From: Myxococcota bacterium
Lineage (GTDB): Bacteria > Myxococcota_A > UBA796 > GCA-2862545
Length of the DNA stretch: 64,000 bases
NCBI GenBank assembly: GCA_039208735.1
Contig: JBCCQY010000010.1
Location: forward strand, 1-64,000
Direction: 5' to 3'
Below the pieces are notes generated by a model that saw only the letters and a list, made by a program, of their open reading frames with translations, did no database searches and was not told the DNA's origin. This document shows, in pieces, positions 1 through 9,855 of this stretch. How positions within the stretch are numbered: position 1 is the first letter of the stretch; each line of letters begins with the position of its first letter. A program made the position numbers and the translations under genes.

Positions 1-547
<547 letters not shown>

Positions 548-659
548 GATATTCTCACTCTATTCTTTGAACACAATTACCAAAGTATTCGTGTTCAGGA
601 ATCGACGACGCTTACGCCCAACCCCGAAGGGTCGGCCGTCACTGATTCTTCTGCTTGCA

Positions 660-670
660 TTTCAAAGACC
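660..670 (-). promoter_or_regulatory. boxA-like rRNA antitermination element in the rrn leader
   Basis: Minus strand reads GGTCTTTGAAA between the promoter and the 16S start, resembling the boxA consensus TGCTCTTTAACA. Confidence 0.55.
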
Positions 671-760
671 GACCCGTTCGAGCTTAATCAACTCTTTGGG
701 TGGTGTTTCGTGCGCGTTGGTCACGCTCTCCAGGAGAGCGGCCGTCGCGGCAACCCCCTC

Positions 761-788
761 ATTCTATCGAAGAAGTGAGGAGCGTCAA
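761..788 (-). promoter_or_regulatory. sigma70-type rRNA promoter (proximal)
   Basis: Minus strand TTGACG-16 bp-TAGAAT with an upstream A-tract (GAAAAAGATG). A 16-bp spacer is typical of rrn promoters. Confidence 0.8.
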
Positions 789-856
789 CATCTTTTTCGA
801 ACCGAGTTCGAAGCGATGCGTCCCGACAGCGCGTCGCGCCGTCAAGACTCCCCCTT

Positions 857-883
857 AGTATGGGTGCCCCGACGGAGCGTCAA
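857..883 (-). promoter_or_regulatory. possible second (distal) rRNA promoter
   Basis: Minus strand TTGACG-15 bp-CATACT; shares GTTGACGCTCC with the proximal promoter. Spacing is suboptimal. Confidence 0.45.
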
Positions 884-985
884 CCAAAGGAGATCAACTT
901 TCTGATAAGCCAGGCCACTGGCAGAGAGTCAGCGGCAGCGCGAATGACCGTTCAGAACCTGAAGGTTCTCACCACATTCAGTGGA

Positions 986-1420
986 TCACACCGAAGACAT
1001 CTGGGCCATTTTGTAGACCCAGCCTAGTCCCATCAACAGCAGGAACCCCAACGCGAGGGTGCCCTCAAGAGGCTCCAACCAACGGTAGATCTTCTGCCAT
1101 CGATCGCGTGGATCGATGCTTTCTGCGGTGGCGATCGCGAATACACCCACCGCGATGGCAAACAGCAACGAAGCGAACGGTTGGTTCACGATCGCGCGGA
1201 TCGGTGAGAAGTGAGCCATCAGCGACCACGACGTCGTGGCTCCACACATGGGGCAAGGCTGACCCGTCATCTGCAGAAACGAGCACGAGGCCAATCCGAG
1301 CTGCGTGTGCGTGCCATGCCCTTCGGCCGACGGCTCGAGGATCGCGGCCAAGGTGAACACGCCCGCGAGGCCAAGCGCGATCGCGGCGGAGATCAACCGT
1401 TGCTGGGTCTTTGCCGTCAC
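986..1420 (-). CDS. DUF2752-family membrane protein
   Basis: CSFLQMTGQPCPMCGATTS motif (C...GxPCPxCGxT) plus hydrophobic helices. GTG start at 1420 follows an AGGAGG SD just after the ftsY stop. Confidence 0.75.
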   Translation of the reverse strand: MTAKTQQRLISAAIALGLAGVFTLAAILEPSAEGHGTHTQLGLASCSFLQMTGQPCPMCGATTSWSLMAHFSPIRAIVNQPFASLLFAIAVGVFAIATAESIDPRDRWQKIYRWLEPLEGTLALGFLLLMGLGWVYKMAQMSSV

Positions 1421-1430
1421 GCGATCCCTC

Positions 1431-2552
1431 CTAGAGCAGCGCCTGGACAAAGGCTTCGGGTTCGAAGTCGCGAAGATCGTCCGCTCCTTCACCCAGGCCA
1501 ACCAGTTTCACGGGCACTTCAAGTTCACTGGCGATCGCGAGCACGATCCCCCCCTTGGCCGTCCCATCGAGTTTGGTGACGACGACCCCAGACACCGGGG
1601 TGGCCTCGTGGAACAACCGCGCCTGTGACATGCCGTTTTGACCCATGGTGCCGTCGATCACGAGCAAGGTTTCATGGGGGGCGTCGGGGACTCGCTTCTG
1701 GATCACCCGGCGGACCTTCGACAACTCTTCCATCAGCGGCTTACGCGTCTGCAAGCGGCCCGCGGTGTCGATGATCACCACATCATGCCCTTCGGACTCT
1801 GCCTTTTCGAGCGCTTGGTAGGCGACCGCGCCAGGATCGGCCCCCTCATCGAGCCGAACGAACGAAGCTCCAGTGCGTTCGGCCCAAACCTGCAACTGCT
1901 CGGCGGCTGCGGCCCGAAACGTGTCGCCTGCGGCAAGCAGGACCCGCTTGCCTTGATGGGTGAGCCGGTGTGCCAGCTTGCCGATCGTCGTGGTTTTCCC
2001 ACTGCCATTCACGCCCACAACCAACCACACCCGCGGCCCGTCAGCCTCCCACTGCAGTGGCGCATGGACCGCCGAGAGCTTCGCTTGCATGGCATCGGCC
2101 AGGACGCGACGTAGCGCATCGGGATCTTCGGCGTCGTCGGTCGCACCTTCACGTACCGCCTGCACGAGCTCTCCGGCCGTGGTCACCCCAACGTCGGCGA
2201 TGATCAAGGCCTCTTCGAGTTCCTCGAGGGCCGATTCGTCACGCGGCTGACCGAGCCAGCGACGCAGGCCATCCGACAGCGTGGATCGGCTGCGATCGAG
2301 CGCAGCGCGAAACCGCTCAAAAAGGGACGGTTCGGGTGGCGCTTCAACGACCGGTGGCTCTGTGACCGGAGCTTCGGTCTCCGGTGCCTCAACGGGGCTC
2401 TCAGGCGCTGCGGTGGGACCCGGAAGACGTGCGACCGTCTCGGGAACCGGGCTTCGAAACAGGACATAAGCCACGATAAAGGAGGAAAGAACCGCCACAA
2501 TCGCTAGGCCGTAGGCCACGGCGGGATGCCCCGCCGCCATCACCATCAACAT
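1431..2552 (-). CDS. ftsY: SRP receptor FtsY with N-terminal hydrophobic anchor
   Basis: GVNGSGKTTT, DTFRAAA, DTAGR, TKLDGTAKGG and GLGE..DDL motifs; lies downstream of smc. Confidence 0.97.
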   Translation of the reverse strand: MLMVMAAGHPAVAYGLAIVAVLSSFIVAYVLFRSPVPETVARLPGPTAAPESPVEAPETEAPVTEPPVVEAPPEPSLFERFRAALDRSRSTLSDGLRRWLGQPRDESALEELEEALIIADVGVTTAGELVQAVREGATDDAEDPDALRRVLADAMQAKLSAVHAPLQWEADGPRVWLVVGVNGSGKTTTIGKLAHRLTHQGKRVLLAAGDTFRAAAAEQLQVWAERTGASFVRLDEGADPGAVAYQALEKAESEGHDVVIIDTAGRLQTRKPLMEELSKVRRVIQKRVPDAPHETLLVIDGTMGQNGMSQARLFHEATPVSGVVVTKLDGTAKGGIVLAIASELEVPVKLVGLGEGADDLRDFEPEAFVQALL

Positions 2553-2559
2553 GCCGTCA

Positions 2560-5500
2560 TCATAGCTGAACGCTGACCAGACGGCTCACCCCGGGCTTGG
2601 CCATCGTGACCCCAAACAGTGTGTCGGCACACTCCATGGTCTTGCGGTTGTGCGTCACGACGAGAAACTGAGACTGCGAGGCCATTTCGCGGAGCATCTC
2701 ATTGAACCGTGCGCCATTGGCCTCATCGAGCGGCGCATCCACCTCATCAAGAACGCAAAACGGCGAAGGCTTGACGCGAAACAACGCGATCAGCAGGGCA
2801 ATCGCGGTCATGGCCTTTTCGCCCCCCGAGAGCAGCTGCAGGTTCTGCAAACGCTTGCCCGGGGGTTGGACGAAGATGTCGACGCCACACTCGAGCAGGT
2901 CCGCCTCATCGGTCAAGGCCAGCCGGGCTTGGCCACCTCCCACAAGGCGAGGATAAGCCACCTGAAAGTGCTCATTGACCGCAGTGAATGCATCCCGGAA
3001 GCGCTCGCGACATTCTTGGTTGAGCTTTGTGATCGCAGCTTGAATGCTGCGTACCGACTCTTCGAGGTCCAGACGCTGCGCTTCCATCTCGTCGTAGCGG
3101 TGCTTCAGTTCCCGGTACTCCTGGAGCGCCGCGACGTTCACTGCGCCAAAGCCTGCGAGCCGGCTACGAAGACGCTCGAGATCCCGCACGCGGGCCACGA
3201 TCCGCGGTTCGTCTTCGAGATCTTCGGGCTCGATGAAGATCGGTTCGACGGGTTCAATGCGGCGCTCGCCGATCGTCACGCCATCGCGAACGTCGTCGGG
3301 CACGCCCAGTTCAAGCTCCCGGTCCACGAAGAGCTGCTGCAGCAATTCGTTCACATCAATTTGGTAGCGATCGGCCATCCGTTGATGGATCACTTCGAGT
3401 TCGGTGCTTGCCGCCCGCACCCGCTCGGCAATGGCCTCGGCACGCTGTCCGAGCCGTTTGACTTGGGCCATCGACGAACGCTGGTGTTCCTCGATTTCCG
3501 ACAACGCCGCCCGTTCCGTTCGCAGGCGTGCACGCGCCGTCTCATACGCATCGAACGCGGCTCCCCGCTGCTCACTGGCCTCATCCACCTGCTTTGACGC
3601 CTCATCCCGGGCGGTCTTGGCCGCTTCAATCGCCATCGCAGCGGTTCGGGAACGCTCTTCGGCCCGTTCGATCGTCTGCGCGGCCCGTTCAAGCTGTCCT
3701 CGAGCCGCCTCCAAGCGGGCCAGGAGCGCGGCTTGAGCGGTTCTAATCTCCGTTCGCACATCTTCGGACTCGCCCACGGCAGCCCTCGCCGTAGACTCTG
3801 CTTCAACGGCATGAGCCACCGCAACACGTCGCTCCTCCACCTGTCGCAGCCGATCCGCCACTTCGGCCGAACGTTGCTCCCACGCCTTGTCCGCTTGTGC
3901 CTCCTCCTCGCGCAAACGGGTGTGCTCGGCCTCCAGCTCCCGCGACTCGGTGTCGCGCTTCGCCAACTCGCCGCTCACCCTCACCACGTCACGCTCGGCG
4001 GCGTTGAATTCCGCTTCAGCCCGTTCCCAGCCCCTCGATCGTTCCAGCGCGGCCTGTTGCGCTGCGTCACGCTCCATCAGTCGAGCCCGCACCCGCTCCC
4101 GAGCACTGGCCAACGCCTGCTGCAGTGGTTCAAACCCCGCGTCGTCTTCGATGACGGGACGGTCGAGCAGCGCCGCTTCGATACGTTCCGCTTGTGTTCG
4201 CATCGAGGCAAGCCGCGCCTCGCTCTGATCCCTCGCCAGCGCAATCGCTCGGTCGCGCTCGAGCGTCCGTTCGCGACCTTGGGTTCCCGCGGATGCCCTC
4301 ACCTTCTCGCTGGCCTCTCGTTCGGCCTCGGCCACTTGCGCCCGGACCGTAGACCGCGCTCTTCCTTCCTCATCTTGTGCGTGCTTCCAGGACCGTTCCG
4401 CGGTGTTTCGCGTGACCGAAGCATCCGTCCAGGTGGCCTCCGCCACATCCCGATCCACCTCGAGCTGCTCGAGCACATCTCGGAGTCCTCGGCACGCCTT
4501 GGTCAGCCGACCGGCCTCATCGGCAAGAGCCCCGAGATCCTCGGGAGGCCCCAACCGAACGAAGCCCTCGACGTCTATGCGGAACCCTGGTCCCGCGATG
4601 GGACCGTCGGAACGCAACGCCTGCGAAAGGTCCGTCTCCCAACGCCCCGTCGCGGAAGGCGGCAAGTCCCCTTGAGGACGAAACCACAGGACCAGGCGAT
4701 CGTCGCCCTGACGTCCCGCCGCCGCTTCGAGCACCCGTTGTGGTTCGGTCACGAAGGGCGCCAACGCACGATCGCCCAGCCGGTTCAACACCGCCGACTT
4801 GGACCCCTCTGGAATGCGCTCGATGAGCGGCGGCTCGTCGAGTCCCGAGTCTGCAGCGAGCCGAGCCTGAATGGCGACAAGGCGCGCCTCTTCCTCGGCG
4901 AGTTCTGCGCGGGCGGTGCGAATCTGGCCGTCGATCGCATCGATCTCGGATCGAGCGTCGTCCATCGCTTCCACCGCCAAATCTCGGGCCGACTTCGCAG
5001 CCGCGGTACGCGCTTCGGCCTGTTCGACCACGTGATGTGCTTCGTCTTCAAAGCGTTTGCGCACACTCGCTACGTGCGCGGCTCGTGCGTCGGCGGAAGC
5101 GCGTTCGGCCTCGACCAGGCGAACCCGCCAACCCTCCTCCAGTTGCTGGATCCGTTGGCGCTCATGGACCTCGGCGGCCGCCACCCACCGACGACCGCGT
5201 TCCTGAACATCCCGAACCTCGGCTTGATGCGCATCGAAACGCGCCTGTTGCGCCTGTTGCGCGTCGGCCAGAGCACGCTCGGCGCTGGCTTGATCCTCAA
5301 GGGCCGCGTCGTACTGATCCTGCGCGGCACGCACGGTGGCGGCCGCGTCGTCTCGATCCCCTTGGTGCGGAGAGAGGCGTTCCTTGGCTTCATCACGAAG
5401 CCGCAGGGCGGTGGTGTGCTCCTCTCGAAGGGTCGTCCGAGCCTCATCGAGGCGCGCCATTCGGTCCACCAACGCTTCACGCCGAGCCACTAAGGAGGCC

Positions 5501-6720
5501 CGCGTGGTCTCGAGCTGTTGCCGAGATTCGGTGAGCGCAGTCAGTTCGGCCTCGGCTTGCGTCGCCGCGGCCCGCGCCGCTTCAGCCTGCGAATGCGCGC
5601 GCTCGACGGTGGCTTGGCGAGCTTCGACCTCCGTCCCCACCGTCGCCAAGCGTCCATCGACGGCCTGGGCCTCTGCCTCGAGTGCGGTGACTTCGTCGGC
5701 CGCAACCGTCGCATCATTCTTCGCCAATGCGACGTCATCGTGGGCCTGAGCGACCTGCGCCACCAACTCTTCACGACGCTCTTCGTGGAGCCGTCGCGTG
5801 GCTTCTTGCTCTCGAATTCGAGCGTCGAGTTCGGCGAGCTGATCCCGCAGCTGGCCCGCATTTGTCTCGACCAGCTCAGCCTGGGTGCGACGCTCATCCA
5901 TGTCACGCGACTGCGCCACGAGCTTCGCTTCCGCCTCCTCAAGCGCGGCGCGAAGGTCATGATCTTCTTCACGGAGGGCCCGCCGTTCGGCCTTCAACCC
6001 GAAGGTCTTGGCCAAGGTGAGCAGCAGCTCAGCATGCCGGATCCTCGTGGCGAGCCTGCGATACTCCGCAGCACGAAGGACCTGCTCCTCAAGACCGACC
6101 AACCGGCGATGCATCTCTTCGACCACGTCGGAAGCTCGGTCCAGCTGGGTCGACGTCGCCTCCAATCGCACCAAGGCCTCGGCTCGGCGGGCTTTGTAGC
6201 GCCCGATGCCCGCGGCCTCGTCGATGACCCGGCGGCGTTCAAGAGGACTTGCCGTGATGACCTTGTCGATCTCTCCCTGTTCGATGAACGAGTAGAGATT
6301 GTTGCCGATGCCCGAGTCCATCAGCAGCTCGACAACGTCTTTTCGGCGCACGCGGTTCTGGTTGATGAGATACTCGGACGCGCCGGTTCGATGAAGGCGA
6401 CGGCCCACCTGAACCTCGGCCATCGCCGCGTAGTCCCCCGGGAAAGGCTCTTCATCTCGCTCGGTGCGTAAGGTGAGCTGCACCTCCGCGAATCCGACCG
6501 GTCGTCGATCCTCGGAACCTGCGAAAATCACGTCGGACATCTCGGACCCGCGGAGGCTCCGAGCCGATTGCTCCCCGAGGCACCACTTCAACGCATCGAC
6601 AACGTTCGACTTGCCGCTGCCATTGGGCCCAACCACGCAGGAAATGCCCTGGCCGAAGTAAATCGAAGTGCGGTCCACGAAGGACTTGAAGCCAAACAAG
6701 TCGAGGCGCGCGATCCGCAT
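2560..6720 (-). CDS. smc: Chromosome segregation protein SMC (1386 aa)
   Basis: GFKSF, Walker A GPNGSGKSN, Q-loop IEQG, DEAAGI, long coiled coils, LSGGEK signature, Walker B/D-loop LDEVDAPLD, VTHN; smc-ftsY synteny. Confidence 0.96.
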   Translation of the reverse strand: MRIARLDLFGFKSFVDRTSIYFGQGISCVVGPNGSGKSNVVDALKWCLGEQSARSLRGSEMSDVIFAGSEDRRPVGFAEVQLTLRTERDEEPFPGDYAAMAEVQVGRRLHRTGASEYLINQNRVRRKDVVELLMDSGIGNNLYSFIEQGEIDKVITASPLERRRVIDEAAGIGRYKARRAEALVRLEATSTQLDRASDVVEEMHRRLVGLEEQVLRAAEYRRLATRIRHAELLLTLAKTFGLKAERRALREEDHDLRAALEEAEAKLVAQSRDMDERRTQAELVETNAGQLRDQLAELDARIREQEATRRLHEERREELVAQVAQAHDDVALAKNDATVAADEVTALEAEAQAVDGRLATVGTEVEARQATVERAHSQAEAARAAATQAEAELTALTESRQQLETTRASLVARREALVDRMARLDEARTTLREEHTTALRLRDEAKERLSPHQGDRDDAAATVRAAQDQYDAALEDQASAERALADAQQAQQARFDAHQAEVRDVQERGRRWVAAAEVHERQRIQQLEEGWRVRLVEAERASADARAAHVASVRKRFEDEAHHVVEQAEARTAAAKSARDLAVEAMDDARSEIDAIDGQIRTARAELAEEEARLVAIQARLAADSGLDEPPLIERIPEGSKSAVLNRLGDRALAPFVTEPQRVLEAAAGRQGDDRLVLWFRPQGDLPPSATGRWETDLSQALRSDGPIAGPGFRIDVEGFVRLGPPEDLGALADEAGRLTKACRGLRDVLEQLEVDRDVAEATWTDASVTRNTAERSWKHAQDEEGRARSTVRAQVAEAEREASEKVRASAGTQGRERTLERDRAIALARDQSEARLASMRTQAERIEAALLDRPVIEDDAGFEPLQQALASARERVRARLMERDAAQQAALERSRGWERAEAEFNAAERDVVRVSGELAKRDTESRELEAEHTRLREEEAQADKAWEQRSAEVADRLRQVEERRVAVAHAVEAESTARAAVGESEDVRTEIRTAQAALLARLEAARGQLERAAQTIERAEERSRTAAMAIEAAKTARDEASKQVDEASEQRGAAFDAYETARARLRTERAALSEIEEHQRSSMAQVKRLGQRAEAIAERVRAASTELEVIHQRMADRYQIDVNELLQQLFVDRELELGVPDDVRDGVTIGERRIEPVEPIFIEPEDLEDEPRIVARVRDLERLRSRLAGFGAVNVAALQEYRELKHRYDEMEAQRLDLEESVRSIQAAITKLNQECRERFRDAFTAVNEHFQVAYPRLVGGGQARLALTDEADLLECGVDIFVQPPGKRLQNLQLLSGGEKAMTAIALLIALFRVKPSPFCVLDEVDAPLDEANGARFNEMLREMASQSQFLVVTHNRKTMECADTLFGVTMAKPGVSRLVSVQL

Positions 6721-7172
6721 GGGCCCCCGTTATCCAACCTTCGCGGATCGTGAGGGTCAACGGATGACCGCCTTCGCGACTGCGTAGCGAACTTCGCAGT
6801 GAGGTGAACTCGACTGCCCAAGCCCAAACGATTGGGAAAACCTCGTTCTCTATCCCAGCGTGCGCAACCAACAACGCGAGTGGTCATCCAGGTGCGAACT
6901 CGACCTCGCACTTCGCGCGAGGGCGTACGAACCAACGCCAACAACCCTCGCCTGTACGCTGGCATGGCCTCTGCAGTACCTACCTACGCAACCCAGCGTT
7001 GCGGAGGCATCGTGCGCCCAGCTGTTCTTGCTGCGACTCTGACCTTCCACCCAAAGACGGCGTGGGCTCGGGTTCCTTTCACGATGTTGGCCAAGCTCGC
7101 GGGCCCTGTCGTCATTCGTTGGTTGGACCGTCGACGCGAACGCAACAACGGTCGGTAGCGCCAGCAGACCGG

Positions 7173-8546
7173 TCAGACGAGCATCCCGACGACGGCACCC
7201 GTCATGCACGCGGCAAGCATGCCTGCGGCCATCGCTTTGAAGCCCAGCGAAGCGAGATCGCCCATCCGTTCCGGGGCGATTCCACCGATTCCCCCAAGTT
7301 GGATGCCGATCGAAGCGAAATTCGCAAACCCGCACAGCGCGTAACTCGCGATGATGGTGCTGCGTTCGGAGAGGACCGGAACGTCTTGCGAGGCCCACTC
7401 TCCGAGGTGCGCGTAGGCGACGAACTCGGTGAGCACGATCTTCTCGCCCAACAACCGCCCCACCTCGTCGCATTCCGCGAAGGGGATGCCCATGAGAAAC
7501 GCGAGCGGCGCGAACAGCGTACCGAGCAGGACGGAGAGGGAAAGCGGGGTGCGCTCGACGCCGGGGCCGCAGTAGCCCGGCGACCACCCCTGCTCCCCGC
7601 ACTGGGACCACGGCACAAGCCCCACGGCCACATCGACCATTGCGACCAACCCAACGATGGCGATGAGCATGGCGCCAACGTTGATCGCCAACGACATCCC
7701 GTCGGAAGCGCCGCGGGCTGCGGCCTCGACCACATTGGTGGCGGGGCTGGGAAACTCGATCTCAACCTCACCTTGGGTCTGGCTTTCCTCGGTCTCCGGG
7801 ACGACCAACTTGGCACAAACCAACGCCGCTGGCGCACTCATGATCGACGCCATCACGAGATGACCAGCGATATTAGGAATGTCCTCGAGAAATTTCACAT
7901 AGGCGCCCATGACCCCGCCGGCGACCGTGGCGAACCCCGCCGTCATCACAGCCATGAGTTCCGATCGCGTCATGCTGGCCACGAAGGGTCGAACCAGTAA
8001 CGGCGCCTCGGTCTGCCCGACGAAGATGTTCCCCGCCGCAGCCAGGCTCTCAGAACCGCTGGTGCCCAAGGTGCGCACCATCAACCAAGCAATGCCTCGC
8101 ACGAGGCGCTGCATGACCCCCAAGTGGTACAGCATCGACATCAGCGACGAAAAGAAGATGATGGTGGGCAGCACGGTGAACGCGAAGGTGCGCAACGGAG
8201 GCGACAAATTGCCGTCGAAGGTCTGCGACGTTCCGTCCACCACGATTTCGTGCGGCAAGATGGTGCCGAACAGAAAGGCAGCTCCTTCATCCGAAAATCC
8301 CAGCAGCCCTTCAACCGCGCCCCCGACGAACGTGTAGAAGACATCGGCCAGTCGGACCTCCCCCATCGGGGTGGGCAGCGCTGGGGACAGGAGCACCAGT
8401 CCCAGCGCAAGTTGCAGCCCGACCCCCCAAGCAATCGTCCGCCAGCGGATGGAACCCCGGTCTTCAGACGCCAACGCCGCAAGCCCGACCATCACCCCCA
8501 AACCCAGCCCCGAGGTGAGCCGAAGGACCCACGGCTCATCCATCAT
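7173..8546 (-). CDS. nupC: Concentrative nucleoside transporter (CNT/NupC family)
   Basis: FAFTVLPTIIFFSSL, GNIFVGQTEAPL, GFATVAGGV, EFVAY and YALCGFANFASIGIQLGG motifs. Confidence 0.95.
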   Translation of the reverse strand: MMDEPWVLRLTSGLGLGVMVGLAALASEDRGSIRWRTIAWGVGLQLALGLVLLSPALPTPMGEVRLADVFYTFVGGAVEGLLGFSDEGAAFLFGTILPHEIVVDGTSQTFDGNLSPPLRTFAFTVLPTIIFFSSLMSMLYHLGVMQRLVRGIAWLMVRTLGTSGSESLAAAGNIFVGQTEAPLLVRPFVASMTRSELMAVMTAGFATVAGGVMGAYVKFLEDIPNIAGHLVMASIMSAPAALVCAKLVVPETEESQTQGEVEIEFPSPATNVVEAAARGASDGMSLAINVGAMLIAIVGLVAMVDVAVGLVPWSQCGEQGWSPGYCGPGVERTPLSLSVLLGTLFAPLAFLMGIPFAECDEVGRLLGEKIVLTEFVAYAHLGEWASQDVPVLSERSTIIASYALCGFANFASIGIQLGGIGGIAPERMGDLASLGFKAMAAGMLAACMTGAVVGMLV

Positions 8547-9775
8547 GGGGCGGTCGCCCTCACGACGGCCAAAATGGTCCGCGAGCCGATTCCGTGCGTG
8601 CCGGCGAAGGCTTCGATCGTCTGAAAGGGCCGTTGCTTCACGATCTGCGCCACACCCGGCGCATGGATGCCCGCCGCATCGAGCGCATCCTTAGGGGCCT
8701 GGTTTACGAAGCGAAGCGCACGAGAAGCCTCTTCAACCGTGAGCACCACACCATCAACCCTGACCTTGGCGTCGTCGCCGACCCCTGGCGCGAACGTCGT
8801 CACTCCGGGCAGCTCACCCTCCCGTGCCAACGTCCGGTGGGCCTCGTTCCAGATCGACTGGGTAACCCCCACGCCGCCAAGCCCTACCAGCAACAGGGAA
8901 ACGAGCGTGACGCCAACACTCCCAAACACCCACCACCATCCTGACGGCGCGTCGTGGGCCGGCTCGAGCACTGGAGGCTGGTTTCGGCTCCAAAGCGTTC
9001 GCGAAAGGGTATCGGGTGTGCTCGCAAGCCAGCTTTGAAGCGCCTCCAGCACGGCTCGCGCGGTGGGGGGAGGCCGCTTTCCGTTCGGCGCGAGTAGCCG
9101 CATGACCAATTCATCGAGGGCGAGCGGAACGGCGGTTGGTCGACGGCGCTCCCCTTCGAGCATGCGTCGGAGCAACTGGCCAAGCGCTCGGAGGTCTTCG
9201 GCAATCGTGGCGTGATCTGCGCGAATCAACCCATCGTCGAGGAGGCGAGGCACCACGCGGCCTTCTTCGGTGACCAATCCCACCCGAATCGGAGCGATGG
9301 CACCGTGCGCGAGACCCGCCGAGTGCAACGCCACCAATGCTCCAGATACGCCGATCCCGACCTCAACCGCCCGCCGAGGCTCCAGAGGTCGACCATCGGC
9401 CACGAGGTTCGCCACCGTTTGGTCAGGAGGCGGCTCTGTGACGAGGAATCCTTCGGCCGCATCCGTGCCGTAATCGATCACGCGCTGCAGATTCGCGTGG
9501 CGAATGTGCGTCCGACGGGCGGCCGCGCGCAAGAACGCCAATTCGTCTCGGACCGACGCCCCGCCGAGGTCCTCGTGTTCGAACGGGCGCATCCAGACTG
9601 CGGTGAGCCGCGACCCGGGCTCGCGATGGGCTTGAACGATCGGACCTCGATGACCGCGGCCCACGACCGACCCCAGTCGATAGTGACCGCTGTGCTGACC
9701 CTCGACCCGTTCGGCAATAGCCGGACGTTCGCTACCTGGGCCGTGGCCAAAGGCACCGCGATCGGTCTCGGTCAT
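8543..9775 (-). CDS. Membrane-anchored Ser/Thr pseudokinase with C-terminal helix-hairpin-helix (ComEA/PsbU-like) domain
   Basis: Kinase-like N-terminus (YRLGSVVGRG, HANLQRVIDYG, FLVTE) with degenerate catalytic motifs (HGAIAP for HRDIKP, DDG for DFG, no VAIK Lys); TM segment WWWVFGSVGVTLVSLLLVGLGGVGV; C-terminal VNQA...IVKQRPFQTIEAF...GIG. Stop overlaps the nupC start (ATGA). Confidence 0.75.
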   Translation of the reverse strand: MTETDRGAFGHGPGSERPAIAERVEGQHSGHYRLGSVVGRGHRGPIVQAHREPGSRLTAVWMRPFEHEDLGGASVRDELAFLRAAARRTHIRHANLQRVIDYGTDAAEGFLVTEPPPDQTVANLVADGRPLEPRRAVEVGIGVSGALVALHSAGLAHGAIAPIRVGLVTEEGRVVPRLLDDGLIRADHATIAEDLRALGQLLRRMLEGERRRPTAVPLALDELVMRLLAPNGKRPPPTARAVLEALQSWLASTPDTLSRTLWSRNQPPVLEPAHDAPSGWWWVFGSVGVTLVSLLLVGLGGVGVTQSIWNEAHRTLAREGELPGVTTFAPGVGDDAKVRVDGVVLTVEEASRALRFVNQAPKDALDAAGIHAPGVAQIVKQRPFQTIEAFAGTHGIGSRTILAVVRATAP

Positions 9776-9855
9776 TCATGCCCTCCGTCCGCGCGCCGAG
9801 ACGCCTATCACTCTTCCACCGGGACGACGCCAACTGGTTGCGTTACCGGTCGCGG

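Noticed and set aside
4404..4419. parS-like TGTTTCGCGTGACCGA inside smc
   Set aside because: Four mismatches to TGTTTCACGTGAAACA and not palindromic.
6730..6738. DnaA box / oriC upstream of smc (TTATCCAAC)
   Set aside because: A single two-mismatch match, with no box cluster or AT-rich unwinding element.
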